DNA of 64,000 nucleotides from a virus, in IMG/VR virus record IMGVR_UViG_3300046170_000524; one strand, written 5' to 3'. The number at the start of each line of letters is the position of its first letter. Positions within the stretch are counted from its first letter, which is position 1. Below, piece after piece: positions 52,441 to 60,978 of this stretch. Under the pieces are notes generated by a model. That model worked only from the letters and a program-made list of their open reading frames with translations. It made no database searches and was not told where the DNA came from. The position numbers and the translations under genes are program-made.

Positions 52441-53153
52441 TAATATCACACTCAAAAAAATTTATTTTTATACATATTCCAAAATGCGCAGGCACATCAA
52501 TTAGAAAAAAAATAGAAAACCATTTCCATAAAAACGGAATGCTCGAAATGGAAGATTTAATTTCTTTTAAAGTGGGATATGACGAGCTACCTATATCAGG
52601 CACTTCGGCAAACTGGGAAATAATACATGATTATACAGAAGATCAGTTAAGGCTGTATGAAGAATTTCATCAACATAGCACCTTTTCTTTAGTAGAGTCT
52701 GTTTTTAATAGGGAAAAAATTAACTTAGACGAGTATTTTAAGTTTGCATTTTGCAGAAACCCTTGGGACAGAAAAGTATCTCAATATTTTTTTGGTAGAC
52801 AGCAAGCGGAAAAAGGACACGAATGGGCAGTGTCGAACAAAAATCTTCAAAAACCATTTAAACATTTTGCTTCGAGAGCTGAAAACTGGGGAAAATTTAG
52901 AGATGGGCAGCATCAGTGGGTTTTAAATAAAGAAGGTAAATTAGGCTTAGACTTTATCGGCAAATCAGAAAATCTTCAGCAAGATTTTAATTATGTTTGC
53001 GAAAAAATAGGCTTGCCTCAGATGGAGTTGCCGCATTCTAATAAATCTAAACACAAACATTACACAGAGTACTATGACGAGGAAGCTAAAAATTCGTTCG
53101 CCAAAAACTACTCAAAAGACATTGAATTTTTTAATTACAAATTTGGAGAATGA
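52437..53153 (+). CDS. Sulfotransferase (Sulfotransfer_2 type)
   Basis: 5'-PSB FIHIPKCAGTS; 3'-PB FCRNPWDRKVS. Confidence 0.9.
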   Translation: MIISHSKKFIFIHIPKCAGTSIRKKIENHFHKNGMLEMEDLISFKVGYDELPISGTSANWEIIHDYTEDQLRLYEEFHQHSTFSLVESVFNREKINLDEYFKFAFCRNPWDRKVSQYFFGRQQAEKGHEWAVSNKNLQKPFKHFASRAENWGKFRDGQHQWVLNKEGKLGLDFIGKSENLQQDFNYVCEKIGLPQMELPHSNKSKHKHYTEYYDEEAKNSFAKNYSKDIEFFNYKFGE

Positions 53154-53154
53154 A

Positions 53155-54138
53155 ATGTCATACATCGATCAAGCTGTTAAATTTCGGATGGGAAAGTGGC
53201 ATTTTCAAAAATATCCATCTAATTTAGAGCTTGACTGGGAAGATTATTCTTTATTTAGCCCCGACGACCAAAGATTTTTGTATTGGATAGAGAAATGTAA
53301 ATTTTTTGAAATCAAAAAAAACCCCGGTTTAATTTTAGATTCGAGAGATCACTTGAATGAAAAAAATCTAGAGTTAAGGATTAATCGATTACAGAAAAAT
53401 CATCATCTCAACCTTAAAAAATATCCATACGTATCTCACAATCGCCCTGCTGACAAAGATTATTCTATACTATGGTCTCTGAGCCAAACGCACGAAAGAA
53501 TAGTATCGAAATGGCAAGATCACTATAATTTTGAAGATAAAAAAGACGAAATCGTATGGAGGGGAGTCGCATCAGGGTTAGACCGCCAACTTAATCGCGT
53601 TGGTAAATTTTCTGATTTTAATAAAAGCATTAAAGAAGTTCAAAGGTTCATTTTTGTCAACAAATTTTCAAAAAAATATAATATAAAATTCGTTGACTTC
53701 CCCTTGAAATTTAAAAATAAATTTACTAAAGATAGATTGCAGGATTTTGATTTATTTCTTAAAAATAATCCTCACGCATTGGGCGAACAATTATCGTGGG
53801 CTCAAGATATTTGCTCTTATAAATACATACTAAACCTAGAAGGCTATGATTGGCCCTCTAGCTTATGCAAATCCTTACGGTCTAACAGTGTAACTATTGC
53901 AACGACCCCTAAGTGGCATAATATTTTACATTTTAAGCTTGAACCATGGGAGCACTATATTCCAATCAAAGATGATGGGTCGGACCTAGAGAATAAACTC
54001 GCATGGTGTAAATCCAATAACAAAGAATGTAAGAAAATCTCTGACAGGGCAAGTCTTTATATGTCTCAGTTTACCGAGGTCTCTGAAACTGAAATACAAA
54101 AAAAAATATTCAAAAAACTTCATGAAAACAGAATATAG
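53155..54138 (+). CDS. GT90/CAP10-like glycosyltransferase (start revised to MSYIDQ)
   Basis: IVWRG, YKYILNLEG, LEPWEHYIPIK.D.SDL. Confidence 0.85.
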   Translation: MSYIDQAVKFRMGKWHFQKYPSNLELDWEDYSLFSPDDQRFLYWIEKCKFFEIKKNPGLILDSRDHLNEKNLELRINRLQKNHHLNLKKYPYVSHNRPADKDYSILWSLSQTHERIVSKWQDHYNFEDKKDEIVWRGVASGLDRQLNRVGKFSDFNKSIKEVQRFIFVNKFSKKYNIKFVDFPLKFKNKFTKDRLQDFDLFLKNNPHALGEQLSWAQDICSYKYILNLEGYDWPSSLCKSLRSNSVTIATTPKWHNILHFKLEPWEHYIPIKDDGSDLENKLAWCKSNNKECKKISDRASLYMSQFTEVSETEIQKKIFKKLHENRI

Positions 54139-54754
54139 TCCTAATAAATTTCTTTTTATACATCTTCCAAAATGCGGAGGAATGTCGATGGAGCAGATCT
54201 GCAGAGATAATGGAATACTAATTGACCCAAGAAACGCAGACACTAAATATTTAAATGAAAAGTTTAATACTGATGTATATTGTAGCTTTGAGGACCAAAA
54301 AAAATTAAGTTTTTCTTTTTCTTTCGCAAGAAATCCATACGACAGGGTGGTTTCAGCCTGGAAATGCCCATGGGTTAGCGGAAAAAAAATATCTCAAAAT
54401 AATTTTAAAAATGAATTTCATGATTTTCGTGATTTCGTTTTTAATTTTTTACCTAATGAACACGACTTTTCTTTTTTTAGATGGTCTCATGTTATGCCTT
54501 TCACAGACCCAAGGTTCGCAATTTTTGACGATAAACAAGAACTTCAATTAAGTTTCTTGGGAAAACTGGAGACATATCAAGAAGATTTTGATTTCGTGTG
54601 TGATTCTATTAATATAAAAAAACAAAACTTACCTCATAAAAATAAAACTAATCATAAAAAATATACTGAATATTATGATGACGAAACTCGTCAAATCGTT
54701 GCGGAAAAATACGCAAAAGACATTGAGTATTTTGGGTACAAATTTGCGGAATAA
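54122..54754 (+). CDS. Sulfotransferase (Sulfotransfer_2 type), paralogue
   Basis: FIHLPKCGGMS; FARNPYDRVVS; C-terminus homologous to 52437-53153. Confidence 0.9.
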   Translation: MKTEYSPNKFLFIHLPKCGGMSMEQICRDNGILIDPRNADTKYLNEKFNTDVYCSFEDQKKLSFSFSFARNPYDRVVSAWKCPWVSGKKISQNNFKNEFHDFRDFVFNFLPNEHDFSFFRWSHVMPFTDPRFAIFDDKQELQLSFLGKLETYQEDFDFVCDSINIKKQNLPHKNKTNHKKYTEYYDDETRQIVAEKYAKDIEYFGYKFAE

Positions 54755-54763
54755 TTATTGAGC

Positions 54764-55567
54764 TTATTCTGGTCTTTTGCCTAAAGGTTTTCCATCTTGA
54801 CCAATTTGACCATCCCTGATCTTGGTGGCAGACACTTCTTGTAATTCTTTACTTAGCTCTAGTTGTTCGATATTATAACCAACACCTCTTCCATAAAATA
54901 CATCCATAATATTAGGCAGTTCAACAACCTTAATTTTGTTTCCGAATTCGATACAAGCAGAATGTATTTCTTTTTTGACTTTTTCAAAATCATAGGGATT
55001 ACTATCATCAATTCCTCCAACATCTCTTAATGCAATACAGCATTGCCCTGTTCTTTTAATTGCTTCCGCAACAAGGCTTTTGTGCCCAATATGAAATGGC
55101 TGATATCTACCTATGAGCAATGCAGTTGGAGCTTGGTTATCCCACGCTTCAGTTTCATTTAATTTACCAACAACTTTACTAACCCACTCTTCTGGAGTTC
55201 CATCTATTAATCTCAGGTCATAGTTCAAAGGCTTTTCAAACATCTTGTTTGTATCTTCATATCTACCTTCTTGAATTCTATCTACCCATATTGTAAAATC
55301 TGCATTAAATGCCTTCCTAGTTTCTTGGGTTGGACACACAAAATCCGCAATCACATAATTACCTCCCATTTTTGCCCAGTCACACAACTTGCTCATTCTT
55401 TTTGCATGAGAAAGCCGATCCTCTTCCGAGAAACCCAGTTCCGAATAGATGTCCTGCCTTACAGCATCTGCATTAAACCAAGCGGCGTTTAACTTGGCAA
55501 CGAGCTTTTCAGCTAGTGTCGTCTTTCCTGATCCAGGAAGTCCCATTATAAGAATTTTTCTTTTCAT
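54764..55567 (-). CDS. cysC: APS kinase-like domain fused to a HIGH-family nucleotidyltransferase
   Basis: GLPGSGKTT, NADAVR, LGFSEEDR, FVCP; then GRYQPFHIGH and VSATKIR. Confidence 0.75.
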   Translation of the reverse strand: MKRKILIMGLPGSGKTTLAEKLVAKLNAAWFNADAVRQDIYSELGFSEEDRLSHAKRMSKLCDWAKMGGNYVIADFVCPTQETRKAFNADFTIWVDRIQEGRYEDTNKMFEKPLNYDLRLIDGTPEEWVSKVVGKLNETEAWDNQAPTALLIGRYQPFHIGHKSLVAEAIKRTGQCCIALRDVGGIDDSNPYDFEKVKKEIHSACIEFGNKIKVVELPNIMDVFYGRGVGYNIEQLELSKELQEVSATKIRDGQIGQDGKPLGKRPE

Positions 55568-55577
55568 ATTTTTTTAG

Positions 55578-55582
55578 TACAC
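55578..55582 (-). promoter_or_regulatory. GTGTA motif upstream of cysC fusion
   Basis: TTGTGTACT on - strand, 10 nt gap to ATG 55567. Confidence 0.5.
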
Positions 55583-55590
55583 AATTTCGA

Positions 55591-55950
55591 TTAAGTTAAA
55601 TAAGTTAATTTTAATTTTTCACATATCGCTATTTTTTCAGCCTTAGACAATAAACGATATTGATTTTGCGCATATTCATTTATCCTCATTTCTCTTTTTT
55701 CGGGAGATCCATTCACCCAATCTAAAACTAAAGAATGATTAATATTATCAATTAAATAATTTATTATTTCTTTTTCTAGTAATTGGCTATAAATTTCAAT
55801 TCTTTCTTTTGTAGACATACCTTCGTATTTCATTTTTGCCTCTAACATACATCCTGTCCTCTTCAAAATTTCTGACGGAACTTGTGAAGCCACAACGCAT
55901 TCTTGATACAAATAATCAAGCACCATTTGACGCTCTTTTCTTTTTAGCAT
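55591..55950 (-). CDS. Hypothetical protein
   Basis: 119-aa ORF; GTGTA motif at 55960-55964 upstream. Confidence 0.65.
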   Translation of the reverse strand: MLKRKERQMVLDYLYQECVVASQVPSEILKRTGCMLEAKMKYEGMSTKERIEIYSQLLEKEIINYLIDNINHSLVLDWVNGSPEKREMRINEYAQNQYRLLSKAEKIAICEKLKLTYLT

Positions 55951-56002
55951 ACATATATATACACCCCGAAAACCGCTATTTATGCAGGTTTGATAAATTT
56001 TC

Positions 56003-56031
56003 TTGACATACTATTCCGTAAATGATATGAT
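56003..56031 (+). promoter_or_regulatory. Sigma70-type promoter, leaderless
   Basis: TTGACA-17-TATGAT with TG extension; 6 nt to ATG 56038. Confidence 0.8.
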
Positions 56032-56037
56032 AAAATC

Positions 56038-56298
56038 ATGTTTGACGATGGTATAGCAAATGAATTTGAAGAAGCTCATCAAAAAGGATTGAATCGCGGA
56101 TTTGATCTTGGATGGAGTTATAAAGGTCAATTTGATCGTTCAATTATTCGTGGACACTTGGAGAAATTAGAGAAACAACATAAGAAACTTTCTAATCCAG
56201 AAGCTAAATTAAGAATCTTATCGCAAAAAGATGTTCTGCGCCAAGCTTTAAGGGAAATGGAGAATCATCCCTGTAATAAAGAAAGAAGGTATAAATGA
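56038..56298 (+). CDS. Hypothetical protein
   Basis: 86-aa ORF after promoter. Confidence 0.7.
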   Translation: MFDDGIANEFEEAHQKGLNRGFDLGWSYKGQFDRSIIRGHLEKLEKQHKKLSNPEAKLRILSQKDVLRQALREMENHPCNKERRYK

Positions 56299-56477
56299 AC
56301 AATTATAAGCTAGATATTTCAAAAGAAGAATGGATAGAAGCTTATACCCAAGAATGGATTTTGGAATGGTGCGCAAAGAATCATCCTGAGATTTTTGAGA
56401 AAGCAAAGCAGAGCTTATCTGAAATTTATGACGAAAAAGAGTGTATACTAGATAAACCTAGTATTGCTCATGAATGA
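56295..56477 (+). CDS. Hypothetical protein
   Basis: 60-aa coupled ORF. Confidence 0.65.
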   Translation: MNNYKLDISKEEWIEAYTQEWILEWCAKNHPEIFEKAKQSLSEIYDEKECILDKPSIAHE

Positions 56478-56667
56478 AAAACAACTTCAATTTGAAATAA
56501 TAAAACGCGACAGACAAATTCAAGATTTGTATGTATTAATAGACACGCTTCAAACAAACCTTCGATCAGCTTCTAATTTATTAGACAAAGAAAACAAAGA
56601 TAAAATAGTTAATGTACAAAGTTATAAATGGTGCATGAATTGGAAAGCTGGAGACGAAAAGTTATAA
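56470..56667 (+). CDS. Small coiled-coil hypothetical protein
   Basis: MNEKQLQFEII...; ATG preferred to the TTG at 56464. Confidence 0.6.
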   Translation: MNEKQLQFEIIKRDRQIQDLYVLIDTLQTNLRSASNLLDKENKDKIVNVQSYKWCMNWKAGDEKL

Positions 56668-56678
56668 TCCTTTAACAA

Positions 56679-56771
56679 GGAGAGATGGCTGAGCTGGTTT
56701 AAGGCGGTGGTTTGCTAAACCATTGAAGGGATATTACCCTTCCGCAGGTTCGAATCCTGTTCTCTCCGCCA
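56679..56771 (+). tRNA. tRNA-Ser(GCT)
   Basis: Acceptor GGAGAGA/TCTCTCC, G73, encoded CCA; anticodon GCT 56714-56716; long variable arm; GGTTCGAATCC T-loop; preceded by boxA-like TCCTTTAACAA. Confidence 0.95.
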
Positions 56772-56778
56772 TTTTATC

Positions 56779-56807
56779 TTGACTTTATAAACATAATGTG
56801 TTAGTAT
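56779..56807 (+). promoter_or_regulatory. Sigma70-type promoter, leaderless
   Basis: TTGACT-17-TAGTAT with TG extension; 6 nt to ATG 56814. Confidence 0.7.
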
Positions 56808-56866
56808 TCATTCATGGATAAAGAATCAGATCTATCTTATGTTAAAGAATTCAACCCGACATCCCT

Positions 56867-57364
56867 ATGAGTGCAAAAAAAAAATTTAAAAAAGTAGCTA
56901 AGTTTCGTAAATTGCGTAAAAATATTTGCAACAGCTTCAAAAAGGAATTGATCAGCATAAAAAACGATGGAGACAAAAGTTTATTAATGCATCGACTGAA
57001 ACAAATGTCAGACCATGTAATCTGCAAACTTAAACCTGAAACCATCAGAAAAAACAGAAGAAAGTTTCATTTATTAATGTATTCAGATCAAAAATGTTTC
57101 TATACTAGAAAGATTCGTTCACTTCCAACTCGGGCGCTCAAAAAACAAAATTGCTTTGTATGTGAAGAAAAATCAACAGAGATACATCATATAATTCAGA
57201 TTCAAAACGGAGGTCCACCTGCAGAAGTTAATAATCTTATACCAATTTGCTCTTCTTGCCATCAAAAAATTCATCCTTGGATGTCTAAAAGTTTACCGCG
57301 AATAGATGGATTAAAACATGCGTCAGAGATAATTCCAGAAGAAATATCTAACTTATTGAATTGA
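56867..57364 (+). CDS. HNH endonuclease
   Basis: CFVC...EIHHII...GG...NNLIPICSSCHQKIH. Confidence 0.85.
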   Translation: MSAKKKFKKVAKFRKLRKNICNSFKKELISIKNDGDKSLLMHRLKQMSDHVICKLKPETIRKNRRKFHLLMYSDQKCFYTRKIRSLPTRALKKQNCFVCEEKSTEIHHIIQIQNGGPPAEVNNLIPICSSCHQKIHPWMSKSLPRIDGLKHASEIIPEEISNLLN

Positions 57365-57389
57365 CAATATTTTAAAAATTTATTAAACT
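57361..57389 (+). promoter_or_regulatory. Sigma70-type promoter, leaderless
   Basis: TTGACA-17-TAAACT; 6 nt to ATG 57396. Confidence 0.75.
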
Positions 57390-57395
57390 TTAATT

Positions 57396-57701
57396 ATGAC
57401 TAAAGAAAAAGATCCATTTCACGACGAAGAGATTGACTCGGCTTGCCCAATTACAAATAAACAAGTAATTGATGATTGCCATATTAAAATTGAGTTTGGA
57501 TATGGTAGTGATTTAGATATGACGACTTATAGTTTTTCTCCTGTTCACGACGAAGTCGGCAAGAAAGTTTTAGATTACATACAATTACTCATGCCAAAAG
57601 GACACTCCATAGATGAATTCGGCAATAATATGATGGATGAAGATTTTGATTGGGGTGAATGGTCGGAAGAAGACAAACGCAACCACGGATTAATAGATTG
57701 A
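57396..57701 (+). CDS. Acidic hypothetical protein
   Basis: 101-aa ORF after promoter. Confidence 0.7.
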   Translation: MTKEKDPFHDEEIDSACPITNKQVIDDCHIKIEFGYGSDLDMTTYSFSPVHDEVGKKVLDYIQLLMPKGHSIDEFGNNMMDEDFDWGEWSEEDKRNHGLID

Positions 57702-57874
57702 GACCTTGGAGAAATGTAAACGCTTTAGGCAAAGTATGCATTATATTTTGCGTAATTAATATGTTTTTAGCTATAAAATTAGCATTAATACCAAGTTATT
57801 TATGTTTATTTCAATTTTTTTTCGCAGCCACTTGCGGATTAGGAACTTATTCAAACAAATGTCAAAAAGAGTAG
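57698..57874 (+). CDS. Small membrane protein
   Basis: TTG overlapping the upstream stop; two hydrophobic segments. Confidence 0.5.
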   Translation: MRPWRNVNALGKVCIIFCVINMFLAIKLALIPSYLCLFQFFFAATCGLGTYSNKCQKE

Positions 57875-58398
57875 AAAAAAGACACAATGGAAATACTTTA
57901 TTTCGAGGGCATAGTATGCTCAACGGCTTAATAAAAGATTTACTTGCATACTTTCAATCTGCCTCTTGGACAGATGAAGATGAATCAACTAAGTTAAAAA
58001 TATTTTCAAATATAATTAAACCCAATAAATGTTGGTATTGTGGAGTTAAGGATCAAAGAGATATGGATCACTTTATGCCAACGAATGGAAGATTATTTGA
58101 CCCCCCTATGTTTGGTTTAGAGCATCAAGGAAACATCATTCCTTCTTGCAAGTCTTGCAACGCAAACAAAAGCAATAAGCATCCTATCGCTTGGCTTAAA
58201 CGGGGCATCGTAACTAAAGGTAAGGAATTTACATTCCCTAAAAAAAGAGTCGCGGCGTTTGAATTATTTTTCGATACATTTGAAAATAAACTCGTTGCAG
58301 ATAAAGATCTAACAGATATAATAGTTAATCAAGCAATACCGAAATGTGAGGCACAAACAAGAGAATTAGCTAATTTTGAAGAATGGATTCAACTATAA
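57859..58398 (+). CDS. HNH endonuclease (start revised to MSKRVEK)
   Basis: CWYCG...MDHFMP...GNIIPSCKSCNANK. Confidence 0.85.
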   Translation: MSKRVEKRHNGNTLFRGHSMLNGLIKDLLAYFQSASWTDEDESTKLKIFSNIIKPNKCWYCGVKDQRDMDHFMPTNGRLFDPPMFGLEHQGNIIPSCKSCNANKSNKHPIAWLKRGIVTKGKEFTFPKKRVAAFELFFDTFENKLVADKDLTDIIVNQAIPKCEAQTRELANFEEWIQL

Positions 58399-58399
58399 A

Positions 58400-58404
58400 G
58401 TGTA
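58400..58404 (+). promoter_or_regulatory. GTGTA motif heading the LicD-MTase-reductase operon
   Basis: AAGTGTATTT, 9 nt gap to ATG 58414. Confidence 0.5.
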
Positions 58405-58413
58405 TTTTAAATC

Positions 58414-58710
58414 ATGTGGAATTATAGAATAATTAAAGATAAAGATACTTATGGTCTTTATGAGGTCATGTATAATGATAATGGAGAAATTTTCGCACAT
58501 ACCGAAGAGCCTGAAATCGTTGGTGAAGACCCTAAAGATTTACTCGACACTTTGGAATTAATGATTTCTGATGTAAATAAACACATTATTGATGGCAAAG
58601 AAATACTTGAAATAGATAAAATAAAATTCGCTAAACCATGCGAAGATTATGACAAAGGCGAAGAAGTAACATTTGAAGAATTAGAAAATATATTAAAGGA
58701 TTTAGAATAA
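58414..58710 (+). CDS. Hypothetical phage protein
   Basis: MWNYRII...YGLYEVMYNDNG. Confidence 0.7.
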   Translation: MWNYRIIKDKDTYGLYEVMYNDNGEIFAHTEEPEIVGEDPKDLLDTLELMISDVNKHIIDGKEILEIDKIKFAKPCEDYDKGEEVTFEELENILKDLE

Positions 58711-58712
58711 TT

Positions 58713-59243
58713 ATGGCAGGAATACGCACAGATAAAGAAAAATTAAATCGCACACTAGAAATTCTAGCGAATATTTTACGTGAAGAGAATATAAATGATT
58801 GGTTTATATTTTTTGGGACATTGCTTGGAATTATTCGAGAAGATAGCTGCATAGAGGGTGATGACGATTTAGATATCATGATTAATTGCGATTATCAACA
58901 ATTAAGGAATGTATTCGAGAAAAGGGGTTTCGTCTTCATGCAGGGTAAGTATGGGATTAAAAACCCTGATAAGATATTAAAAAGTGAACCAACGCAAGAA
59001 TTTGGATCAATTGATTTTTATATGTGCAATGTCAATGAATTGGGTGACTTCCATACGCCTTGGCATGGAGTAATCGCAACCAATTCTTATATTGATATTA
59101 ATCAGAAATCACTCGAAAAGCTTGCTTGGAACAACACTGCTTTAAACATTCCCAATAATTATAAAGAAAAGCTTACTAATATGTATGGTGATTGGAAAAC
59201 CCCACAATCAAAAAGTTGCAAAATGCATATAGGGAAAGTATAA
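58713..59243 (+). CDS. LicD/fukutin-like nucleotidyltransferase-fold phosphotransferase
   Basis: WFIFFGTLLGIIRE...DDDLDI. Confidence 0.8.
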   Translation: MAGIRTDKEKLNRTLEILANILREENINDWFIFFGTLLGIIREDSCIEGDDDLDIMINCDYQQLRNVFEKRGFVFMQGKYGIKNPDKILKSEPTQEFGSIDFYMCNVNELGDFHTPWHGVIATNSYIDINQKSLEKLAWNNTALNIPNNYKEKLTNMYGDWKTPQSKSCKMHIGKV

Positions 59244-59244
59244 A

Positions 59245-59871
59245 ATGGACAAACAATACTGGGACACATTTTACAAAAACTACGCAAATAGAGATGACAT
59301 TTCAGAATGTAGTACATTTGCAAGTTTTTGCTGTGATAATTTTTTAAACAAAGAACCAAAAACAATCACAGATCTTGGCTGCGGTAACGCTAGAGACGCT
59401 AAACATTTTGCGAGAAATCATTTAGTATATGGCATAGATCAAAGTATCGACGATCAAGTTATAAATAGAAACAGATTGCCATCATTAAAGTTAATAGAAC
59501 AAGATTTTGTTCGCGATGAATATAATTTTAGTGAAAAAGTAGATGTTTTTTATTCTAGATTTACAATTCATTCAATAACAGAGGAAGACCAGAAAGAATT
59601 ATTGCCTAAAGTTTATAATTATTTGAACTCAGGGGGATTGTTCTGCATTGAAGTTCGCACCACCAAAGATACAAAATTTGGAGTTGGCAAGCATATATGT
59701 GACACAACATATTTTAATGATGGGCACACTCGTAGATTCGTAGATTCACAAAAGTTTTTAAATACAGTTCTATCTCTTGGATTTAAATTGCTTTATTTCA
59801 ACGAGCAAGATAATTTGTCTATTTACAAAGACGACAACCCTGTATTAATGAGAATAATTTTAGAGAAATAA
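59245..59871 (+). CDS. Class I SAM-dependent methyltransferase
   Basis: ITDLGCGNARD, YGIDQS, FYSRFTIHSI. Confidence 0.88.
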   Translation: MDKQYWDTFYKNYANRDDISECSTFASFCCDNFLNKEPKTITDLGCGNARDAKHFARNHLVYGIDQSIDDQVINRNRLPSLKLIEQDFVRDEYNFSEKVDVFYSRFTIHSITEEDQKELLPKVYNYLNSGGLFCIEVRTTKDTKFGVGKHICDTTYFNDGHTRRFVDSQKFLNTVLSLGFKLLYFNEQDNLSIYKDDNPVLMRIILEK

Positions 59872-59873
59872 TA

Positions 59874-60722
59874 ATGCACATTATATTAGGCAAAAACGGA
59901 TACATAGCAGAAGCCATCATAAAAGAATTAAAATCACGCGATTTACCTCATGTCGCTTGGAGTAGAAGTGATGTTGATTATACAAATCTTGCAGAACTCA
60001 AATATAATCTTTATATTTTAGGAGACGATTTACATATAATTAATTGCGCAGGATATATTGGCAAACCAAATGTTGATGCTTGTGAATTAGCAAAAGCTGA
60101 TTGCATAGAAGGTAATGTTTTGCTTCCTGCGATGTTGGCTCAATTGTGTCACGAAAGCAAATATAATTTTACGCAAATATCTTCGGGCTGCATCTATGGT
60201 GGATATGAAAAAGATTTCACCGAACAAGATGCTCCTAATTTTGATTTCCAAAATGGTAGTTTTTATAGCGGAACTAAAGCTCTTGCAGAGAAAGTTGTAT
60301 TGCAAAATAATGCAAATAGCTATATCTTTAGATTGCGTATTCCATTTGATGAATATGCATCTCCAAGAAACTACTTGACTAAATTACTATCTTACGATAC
60401 TTTATTAGATGCGAAAAATTCTCTATCTCATAGAGCTGATTTTGCCAAATATACAATGGATTTAATACAGCAAAAAGTACCACATGGAATTTATAATATC
60501 ACAAATAAAGGTAGCGTTACCACAAAAGATGTGGTTGAACTAATTAAAAAATATAATTTATCAGATAAAGATTTTAAATTTTTTGATAATTTAGAATCTT
60601 TCAGCAAAGAGACTATTGCCCCAAGATCAAACTGCGTCCTTGACACAACTAAAATCGAACAATATATTAAAATAAGAACGGCAACAGAAGCATTAGAAGA
60701 AGCAATTCAAAAATACACTTGA
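59874..60722 (+). CDS. NDP-4-keto-6-deoxysugar reductase/epimerase (RmlD/UER1-like SDR)
   Basis: LGKNGYIA, INCAGYIGKPNVDACE, SSGCIY, SFYSGTK. Confidence 0.8.
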   Translation: MHIILGKNGYIAEAIIKELKSRDLPHVAWSRSDVDYTNLAELKYNLYILGDDLHIINCAGYIGKPNVDACELAKADCIEGNVLLPAMLAQLCHESKYNFTQISSGCIYGGYEKDFTEQDAPNFDFQNGSFYSGTKALAEKVVLQNNANSYIFRLRIPFDEYASPRNYLTKLLSYDTLLDAKNSLSHRADFAKYTMDLIQQKVPHGIYNITNKGSVTTKDVVELIKKYNLSDKDFKFFDNLESFSKETIAPRSNCVLDTTKIEQYIKIRTATEALEEAIQKYT

Positions 60723-60747
60723 CAATTAAATTATATTTTGCTATACT
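60719..60747 (+). promoter_or_regulatory. Sigma70-type promoter, leaderless
   Basis: TTGACA-17-TATACT with TG extension; 6 nt to ATG 60754. Confidence 0.85.
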
Positions 60748-60753
60748 ATTCAT

Positions 60754-60876
60754 ATGGAAATAATAATAGCATCACTTATGAGTTGTTTTTTAAATAAAAC
60801 AGTAATTTACTTTAAACCCATTCAACCCGCAGATGAAATAGTTGAAGTTCAAATAGTAAATTCAGAAACAAACTAA
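60754..60876 (+). CDS. 40-aa protein (not in ORF track)
   Basis: MEIIIASLMSCFLNKTVIYFKPIQPADEIVEVQIVNSETN directly after promoter. Confidence 0.55.
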   Translation: MEIIIASLMSCFLNKTVIYFKPIQPADEIVEVQIVNSETN

Positions 60877-60978
60877 AGTAATAAATAACAACGCGAAATC
60901 TACGACAATATCTCTCTCTAAGAAAAACAAAAATAGAGAAATTATTATATATAGACTTTTTTCAAGCTCGGCATCCAT
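60862..60978 (-). CDS. ~38-aa membrane microprotein (not in ORF track)
   Basis: MDAELEKSLYIIISLFLFFLERDIVVDFAL...; TAATG coupling. Confidence 0.5.
   Translation of the reverse strand: MDAELEKSLYIIISLFLFFLERDIVVDFALLFITLVCF

Noticed and set aside
4099-60378. Short ORFs in the track overlapping long genes (e.g. 4099-4338, 22638-23009, 40166-40576, 50113-50370, 60115-60378)
   Set aside because: Shadow frames fully overlapping well-supported genes, with no motifs or promoter support
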